Source of the DNA: Pecten maximus
Lineage: Eukaryota
Direction: 5' to 3'
NCBI RefSeq assembly: GCF_902652985.1
Contig: NW_022979257.1
Location: 1 to 60,056 of the forward strand
Length of the DNA stretch: 60,056 bases
Below the pieces are notes generated by a model, which saw only the letters and a list, made by a program, of their open reading frames with translations, ran no database searches and had not been told where the DNA came from. Both the position numbers and the translations under genes were made by a program. Positions 52,545 to 60,056 of this stretch are shown piece after piece. Positions within the stretch are counted from its first letter, which is position 1. The number at the start of each line of letters is the position of its first letter.

Positions 52545-54229
52545 AAACTGAAACCCTCGAGTACTGGTACACACGATTTCTTTCCGTTTGCTTTGAAATA
52601 AATGCTAAATTTTCTCTCTAAAATCTACAAATACGAAATGAAATCTTCAAACTTAAAAGGCTGACATTATTTTTTTAATTAACCAAAATTATGTGAAGAA
52701 GCCAAAAAAATCAAAATGTTGATGTATAGGAGGGAGCTGCAGTTACCAAATACTTTATCATTTTCGTATTTTTTGATAACTGAAATTTTAAAAACAACAT
52801 TGAAAAGGACATGAAATACTTGTGTGTCAATTCTGAATCGATGCCAATACTCTTAAGAACAGAAGGTACTACATCTCGGACAAAAGAAACTGATGGTCGA
52901 GTGAAAACAAGAAAAGACTGTAATATTTTCATGAAATCTTAATTTGACTCCAGCTTTATTAGGACTGTTATAATTATAAGTGTATTTTTATGGCTAAACG
53001 AAAACAACATGGAAATAGCATGATAATGTATAGATAATACCTAATCAACTGGATAGAGGCCTCTCTTCCTCAGTTCTTACGACAGTTTGATGATAGACAG
53101 GTCTGAAGTTGGATAAAAGATTTCCACAATCTGTAGATAGAACTTGGGTCATCTAACCGATTGGTCAAGTAGAAATGGAAAAAGAACAATGCAATTCATC
53201 ATCAAATGAATTACAGGTTGTGTAAATTATTTGCACGACGCTATATTGCCATCGTCCAAAAGTTTAGTTTTTTTTTTTTTTTTTTGTCTTTTAAACTTTA
53301 AAGTAGATCAATAATTAAATGCACTCAAGCGATCACTTTCAGGACGATGCTTACATTTTAAATTTGTCAGAGTTACACATTTCTGTGGTAAACAGTTTAT
53401 ACATCGGTGGCAGTGAAGTATTTTTCACATGAGGCATAAAATCAACCAGAAGAGCTTACCGTCTAAAACATCTCTAAGAAGATTTACACGCTGGTATCAT
53501 TTTCAAACATGAATTCAATTGTAGATATAATTCTTTTGATAGGTATTGCAAATTTCAATTGATTATATGCATTTGCTCTCACTATTTTTTATTGTCCAGA
53601 TGATTAAGACTTCTACATCAATTTATTTAAGCAACAATTAAACCAATTTTGTATTTGGATGGAAACTTGTCATGTTTTTTATTAGCATTTTGTACTATAC
53701 CAACCCATTTCGTTTTTGAAAATCTGAAAAACGCTAGTCCTATTTCGAAAAAAAAGTTCACTGTGACCTTATCCGTGTAATATGGGTTTACACCTGCTAC
53801 AAACTATTGCATAATGCATATTTACCTCACACAGTCTGAAATTGAATCACGTGTAATGACATTACCTATGATACGAATACCTACGACTGTTAATGTAATC
53901 ATCTCTTTGACTGACGAGACTTTGTCTGACTTACATTATATTTGGCGGGTAACGCTAAAACCTCCTTTAATTTTATATTTTTTACCTTGAATATATTTCC
54001 AAAAATGTTATTCAATGACACTCTTCATTAAAATTAGTATCTGTTTCTGGCGAGATTTATTCCTTGGTTATATAGTGAAAGCATTATGAGAGATATTAAA
54101 CATTGATATCGAGTTAATTCACTATGTAAAATTGCGAGATATGCAGAGATTTGGCCTGAATTCCCAACTCATCGCCCATATACATGCATTACATACATGT
54201 TAGTGTATCATAAAATGGTGAGACGTGGA

Positions 54230-54318
54230 GGGACTTTCCCATCCCAAAGTCCAAACCGATCGTTCACATATTATAAACGTGTATGTGCTTTAAAAACGGA
54301 AACATGCAGGGACTTTCC
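54230..54318 (+). promoter_or_regulatory. Pair of canonical kB sites GGGACTTTCC, 79 bp apart
   Basis: Exact matches at 54230-54239 and 54309-54318; paralog GGGACTTCCC at 4169-4178. Confidence 0.4.
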
Positions 54319-55590
54319 CTCCCCGAATTCCCAATCCGTCGTCCATATATCATACGTAAGTATAATTATGAACCGTTGGATGGAAATATCATCTAATTCC
54401 CTTCATGTCTCGCCAGCTTCCGCCAATACTACATACTCTGTCATAATCACATTCTGTATTAAGGAAAATATCTGCCTACACTACATACTTTGTCATAATC
54501 ACATTCTGCAATTAAGGGGAAATAACTGGCAGATTTATATGTAATCGTACTTAAACGGAGCAAGACACTCGAATGATGTATTTTCAACAATATCATTTTT
54601 TCAATAAAGTCATTTAGACATAACATATTTTGAGTTTGATATATGATGAATTGAATGTTTCATTATTTGTCACAAATACAAACATATCAAAATTGCGTTC
54701 CATGTTGCATGAATTTGTCAAGAAATTCTTGTGGTTTTGCATTAAATCCAATCGAACCAAATATTTTTCACCTGGTATGAAGTAAGTCGAATAATTCGTC
54801 GTTGGAGATTTTCTATAATAAACAGTTAGATCGCTCATCAAGTTTGGTTATCCGTATTATCGGATACCAAGTCGAGAGAATGTATTTGCCATGTTTTAAC
54901 CAAGAGAGTTTGAGAATACTATAGCAAAAACCTTCCAATCCTACTCGAAAATCTTAGCTTAATTTCTTCAATAGTTGGTTTAAACATAATTTTATGCTTT
55001 GAAAATGACAATAAAAGGATTAGGCACTCTTTTAACTTAGTTAGCCTTCTCAAAACCGAAATACATTGTACATATATCATGTCTTAATATGTACATTTCA
55101 ATAAATAAATGAATAAATAATCAACAAATCAGTTTAATTTTTTTATTTATTTAATTAAAGTTCTGCTTAAATGTAAATGTTAAGACAGCCACGATGTATG
55201 TAAAATGTATTTAAGGTAAACAATTAATCAATAAAATAGTTTTGTGACAGTCGTTTCTCTGTACCCTTACATAATCTCAGGAGAATTAGCCAAGGTTTTC
55301 ACACAGACAAAGCAAAACAAACAAACAAAAATAAGAAATAAAACAAACCAACAACAAAACAAAAACAAAAATGGAAAAAAATAAACAAACAAAAACAAGC
55401 TATTAAAATAGGTTTGTATTCTTAATGTAATCTCTGATATATGCCAATAACCACCGTATGTTGCAATAACGAATTGCCCAATATCTAAATTATGTAGCAC
55501 AATAATAAGACAGTATAGTGTTGGCTTGCATACATTCATATGGTAAAGGATGACAAGACAACTTTCAACATTGTAGTTAATTCATAATGG

Positions 55591-56225
55591 AAAAGCATAA
55601 TAAAGAAAAGGGTAACATGTTATATACAAAGAAGAAGAAAAATAAGAAACTCATTGAGTTTCTTGTGTGCACATGTTACCCAAGCAGATAATTAAAATCA
55701 ATTTGGGGAAAATTATTAAAAATTCCCAGTCGTCTCAAATGCACATTGGGTAGGGTAGGCATGAGAATAGAGATGACTTAACGTGGAGGACTATACAATA
55801 CTAGTCAATATGTCTTGTATTAAATATTTTACAATCTACAAGACCTTTCAAACATACCCAGAGAAATAAATTGAATAGATAAATGTTGCCTGCAGGTAAT
55901 GGCAAAAGCATAATAAAGAAAGGGGTAACATGTTATATACAAAGAAGAAGAAAAATAAGAAACTCATTGAGTTTCTTGTGTGCACATGTTACCCAAGCAG
56001 ATAATTAAAATCAATTTGGGGAAAATTATTAAAAATTCCCAGTCGTCTCAAATGCACATTGGGTAAGGTAGGCATGAGAATAGAGATGACTTAACGTGGA
56101 GGACTATACAATACTAGTCAATATGTCTTGTATTAAATATTTTACAATCTACAAGACCTTTCAAACATACTCAGAGAAATAAATTGAATAGATAAATGTT
56201 GCCTGCAGGTAATGGCAAAAGCATA
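55591..56225. repeat. Near-identical 313-bp direct tandem duplication
   Basis: Units start with aaaagcata at 55591, 55904 and (partial) 56217. Confidence 0.9.
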
Positions 56226-56248
56226 CATACACAGACCTTTTTCAAATA

Positions 56249-57788
56249 TACTGAAACGAAAAAGAAACGCAACTTCAAATTGTAGGTTTAATAAAATAAT
56301 ACTTGTGAGCATTATGTTTAAATTTCATATGTAATAGTTAATATTGAATATTGATGTAACATCCTTTAAATGTTTAGAGATTTTTAAGAACAGGTCACTT
56401 TGCTAGAAGGTCATGATTGGTAGTACCCTACGTGAATCCAAGTTGAAATGGCAGCAGTTTTGAAACCGTGCCCTAATATCGTGTGTGTCCTCCTCGAACA
56501 GTTATCACATCTCTAATTCTTTGTTGCATTGAGTTCATCAGGGCATTGACTTTCCGTATTGGAATGTTATTCCATTCTTGGACGAGTGCATTTGCTAACT
56601 GAGGGAGGGTATTTGGGGGGTTACGGCGATTTCGAATTCTTCTGTCTAATTCATCCCACAAATGCTCGATTGGGGACAGGTCGGGGCTATATGGAGGCCA
56701 ATCTATAGGAACAATGTTCTGTGTCGCAAGAAAGTCTCTACAGACTCTTGCAACGTGTGGTCTCGCGTTATCTTGCTGAAAGGTTAGATGATGCTGCCTA
56801 ACAAACGGCACAACATGGGGCCTAAGGATCTCATCCCGATAGCGTACGGCCGTTAAATTCCCATTGACTATCACCAAAGGCGTCTTCAAACCATGGGAGA
56901 TTCCCGCCCAAACCATAACTGATCCACCCCCAAATCGGTCGTGTTCCAAAACACAGGCGTCAGCAAAACGTTCGCCTCGACGCCGGTACACACGTTGACG
57001 GCTATCTGCTCGAAATAACGTGAATCGAGATTCATCGGTGAAGAGCATAGACCTCCAACGTCTCATAGGAAAACGTCTGGGCATATGTGCCGTTGCCCAT
57101 TGCATACGACGTGCTCGACGTTGCGGTGTTAGTGGTAAACCAACGTACTGTCGCCTTGCACGCAAATTAGCCTCACGCAGTCTGTTGATCACTGTTTGGG
57201 GATGAATTCGACGGTTATGATTACCAATCGTATTCCTTGCCGTTTCAGCGGCCGTTAATCTCCTGTTACGCAGGTGTGCCAACCTAAGAACCCGGTCTTG
57301 ACGTCGCGACGTTACGCGTGGACGTCCTGATCTCGGCTGGTCATCGACTCTTCCTGTTGCGTTAAGACGTGAAACTAATCGACTAATAGTCGATTTGTGA
57401 ACTCTGAATTGTCGAGCGACGTGAAGTTGCGTGTTCCCTGCCAGAAGCATCGCTATAGCACGTCCTCTATCAACCTTTGATAACCGTGGCATAATTGTAA
57501 AAGGAATTATTGTTTGCAAAAGTATTGGCGATGATGTGGCTCAATGTTAGTGATGAATTGATACTGGTTTGAATGAAAAAAGAACGCATATGTTTGTACA
57601 GGCACGGTTTTTGATGTTTTTACCGCGCCGGAAGTGCATAGGTCTGTAGTCACACTTGGGTGATTTTGAAGATTGGTATGGGTGTTAGGCAGGGTGCATG
57701 TTTATTTCCGCGATTTTTATACAGATATGTATATTTAATACAAAATTAATCACAATTTTCCATGTTGCGTTTCTTTTTCGTTTCAGTA
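56249..57788 (-). mobile_element. Full-length Tc1-family transposon
   Basis: Perfect 25-bp TIR TACTGAAACGAAAAAGAAACGCAAC, TA TSD on both sides, intact transposase. Confidence 0.95.
56473..57492 (-). CDS. Tc1 DD34E transposase, 339 aa
   Basis: ATG at 57492 (MPRLSK); paired-like HTH, GRPR, FTDESRF, QQDNARPH, SPDLSPIE with 34 residues between the second D and E. Confidence 0.95.
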   Translation of the reverse strand: MPRLSKVDRGRAIAMLLAGNTQLHVARQFRVHKSTISRLVSRLNATGRVDDQPRSGRPRVTSRRQDRVLRLAHLRNRRLTAAETARNTIGNHNRRIHPQTVINRLREANLRARRQYVGLPLTPQRRARRMQWATAHMPRRFPMRRWRSMLFTDESRFTLFRADSRQRVYRRRGERFADACVLEHDRFGGGSVMVWAGISHGLKTPLVIVNGNLTAVRYRDEILRPHVVPFVRQHHLTFQQDNARPHVARVCRDFLATQNIVPIDWPPYSPDLSPIEHLWDELDRRIRNRRNPPNTLPQLANALVQEWNNIPIRKVNALMNSMQQRIRDVITVRGGHTRY

Positions 57789-59763
57789 TATATACACATC
57801 CATATAAATATGTATTTATATAAGATTATCTTAACTGTAACCATAGATAGAATTTATGCACACATATATATGTATAGATTTATCTTTATGTAAAACAAAG
57901 AGTGTGAACGCTCTGTAACAATTTGAATCATAAAAGGTGTAAATTTTAAGCTTACAAGTTGAATGTACTAGTTGGTATCCTTGCATATGTATGTATACAT
58001 ATTTTTTCCAGTAAATTCAAGTAGGATTACCGTGACTTTAGATTTATTTGCAATACTTCTGTAAGAAACTGACATGCATAACTTGGTTTCCTATTGTACC
58101 TAGATAGGTTAAAATTTGATATCAATAGTACAAACTTCCATGTGTCCTATGTTCATACTCGTAAAAGAGTTTGACACTTAAACAAAAAAAACAGAATGGT
58201 GAAAAACTTCCAAGTGATTCAGATTGATAAATCATAAACTTCCTGTGTAAACTACCAGTAAACGTAAAACTAGTCTAAAACCTGCCGAATGGAGAGGTTT
58301 GCATACCTGTCGGTGAATGCATGAGATAACCAACGCAATGACATATATAGGTAGATTGCAAACGACAAATTAACAACAATATAGAAATATTCATCTAAAG
58401 AATCAACACTCTGTAACACTTATCAATGTATTTACATTAGGGTTTCATAGTTATTAATAACATAAATGGACATTTAGATACATTTTAACTTTGTTGGTCA
58501 TAAAGACATGGTTAACCTTGAACGACTATAAGACATTAAGATATATTGCCTTGGCTGGCCATGATACAAGTACATTGTGTTTTATCTTACATGATACATT
58601 TTGTCAAAATTTATCAAACAGCAACATATATCTTACTTTTGCACAATACATTAAGCTGATTGTTTTAACTTGTAGGTCATAATGTGAATGAATTTTCCAC
58701 ACTTGTCATTATTACGTTTAATAGGTTAATAGGAGGCGAAAGTAATTAAGCTGATAATGGTTCACACTTGATAAAGTATTGTGATCCATAGTTCTGCCAC
58801 AGTTTGAAAACATATTTTAGACAAATATGAATTAACGAACAGGTTTTCCATAAAGTTTACAGGTCGCTTCTCTCAGGTCATTAAGTGTGTTGATGCGGAA
58901 GATTTATTTCTAACGAGATTTATCAGAAAACAGCCCCTCTTGTCCATATATTGGTACACATGCCATCAAGTTTCATTTTCCTTGTTGTTTTTTTAGCCCA
59001 GCTGGCTCTGCATTTAGATAGGTCATTGATAAGTATTTATTCACATCTTGGGACTGTTTTGGTAGTGTCATGTCAATGATTTTTATCATTTTTTTTATGT
59101 AGAATTTCAACTTTTTAGTTGTGCGAGATAAATTTTGCAATAATTGGCCTTGGTTCCCCCTCAGTGCACAGCAAAAACTAAAATATCTCCACTTCCTTAC
59201 ATACTATGATAGGAGCATACTGTAGTCGTAGGGGGATATCTCAGAAACGATTTCTGAATATTAAAACTTTTAAATCCCAGTTGTAAGCTTATTAACTTGC
59301 ACTGTCAGCTTATATACGCACAAAAAGGTAGAGTTCTTCATATAGCTTTATACAGCTTAATTTCTTTCATGTATTGCTTATCAGAATACCAATGCAGAGA
59401 GAGGTTGTGGTTATCATAACTCATAAAAAATAAAAGGGGGATTAAGAATTGTTTTTAATTCAATATCATGAAAAAGTTCATATTTATTTTTTTCTGGGAT
59501 TTATATTTCAAGCAACATTTAGTGTCATTTTTAAGAGTCGATAGCTGTCATGCGCAACTTATGTGAAGAGTTTGTCCAAAGACAACCCTACGACAGCAGA
59601 TGATTGTTCGCCCTTTTAGCTTCTAAAGAACTCTTAATTCGGATATTCACAGTGCATTAGTTCCATGTCCTACCGGCTGAGCCTTCGAGAAATCCTAAAT
59701 GAGCAAGCTGAAATCTACTGCAGCATCATCGTATGACTAGAATGACAAAAAGCTCCGAGTGTG

Positions 59764-59987
59764 TCAAATTTCTAATATTTCACAGATCGAGTACTGTTCT
59801 GATGCGCATGAACAACTCTGAAGCGCAGGGCTGGTGTACCGAAGACATCTACGTACATTTATATTAGTGGTGTTGCCAAACTGCAGTAGGTCCTCATTAA
59901 CAGGCTGAGGGGGATCGCCCCCGTCCCACCACTTGCTCACTCCGGCAATCGCATAATATCCTCCATTCACCATTATTTGCCTTTGTC
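59764..59987 (-). CDS. Terminal exon of a gene entering from beyond the window; atypical C-type-lectin-like domain C-terminus
   Basis: Acceptor ctctgtcttcaacag|G, then QRQIMVNGGYYAIAGVSKWWDG...RRCLRYTSPALQSCSCASEQYSICEILEI*; WxDG, C...C...ICE pattern; frame conserved in the paralog at 25728. Confidence 0.5.
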
Positions 59988-60056
59988 CTGTTGAAGACAG
60001 AGTGAAAATCTCTTTTCACAATAAATTTAAATGATTCCAAAAACATAATATTCACT

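Overview
AT-rich eukaryotic DNA, inferred to be from a marine invertebrate and probably a bivalve mollusc (basis: GT-AG introns, a tRNA/V-domain SINE, GGTCAAGGTCA-type repeats, Tc1, EnSpm and Harbinger-like transposons). The window is a segmentally duplicated tandem array of small (~130 aa) two-exon genes. They encode a stand-alone ADP-ribosyltransferase-fold protein that most resembles the bacterial polymorphic-toxin family Tox-ART-HYD1 (YxHxT...I..SG.I..S....DAxYGxGxYLT...NNY...IDLP...RDIYV) and, more distantly, the fish virus-induced Gig2/PARP-like ARTs. There are six closely related type-A copies: five are intact (one with both predicted NAD-binding residues substituted) and one is a pseudogene. 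There are also two divergent type-B copies (one intact, one frameshifted) and two C-terminal relics. Each gene starts with a 7-nt coding exon (ATG NNN G|gt) that the ORF track misses. About ten further first-exon/promoter modules of the same phase lie between the genes, and the upstream regions carry ISRE/IRF-, NF-kB- and TGACGTGG-like motifs. This suggests an uncharacterised, possibly immune-inducible, toxin-like ART effector family evolving by birth and death. Also present are the terminal exon of a C-type-lectin-like gene (plus a truncated duplicate), an intact DD34E Tc1 element, truncated EnSpm and Harbinger/ISL2EU-like elements, a foldback element, MITEs, a probable solo LTR and several tandem repeats. 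All family assignments are by motif recognition; no database search was run.
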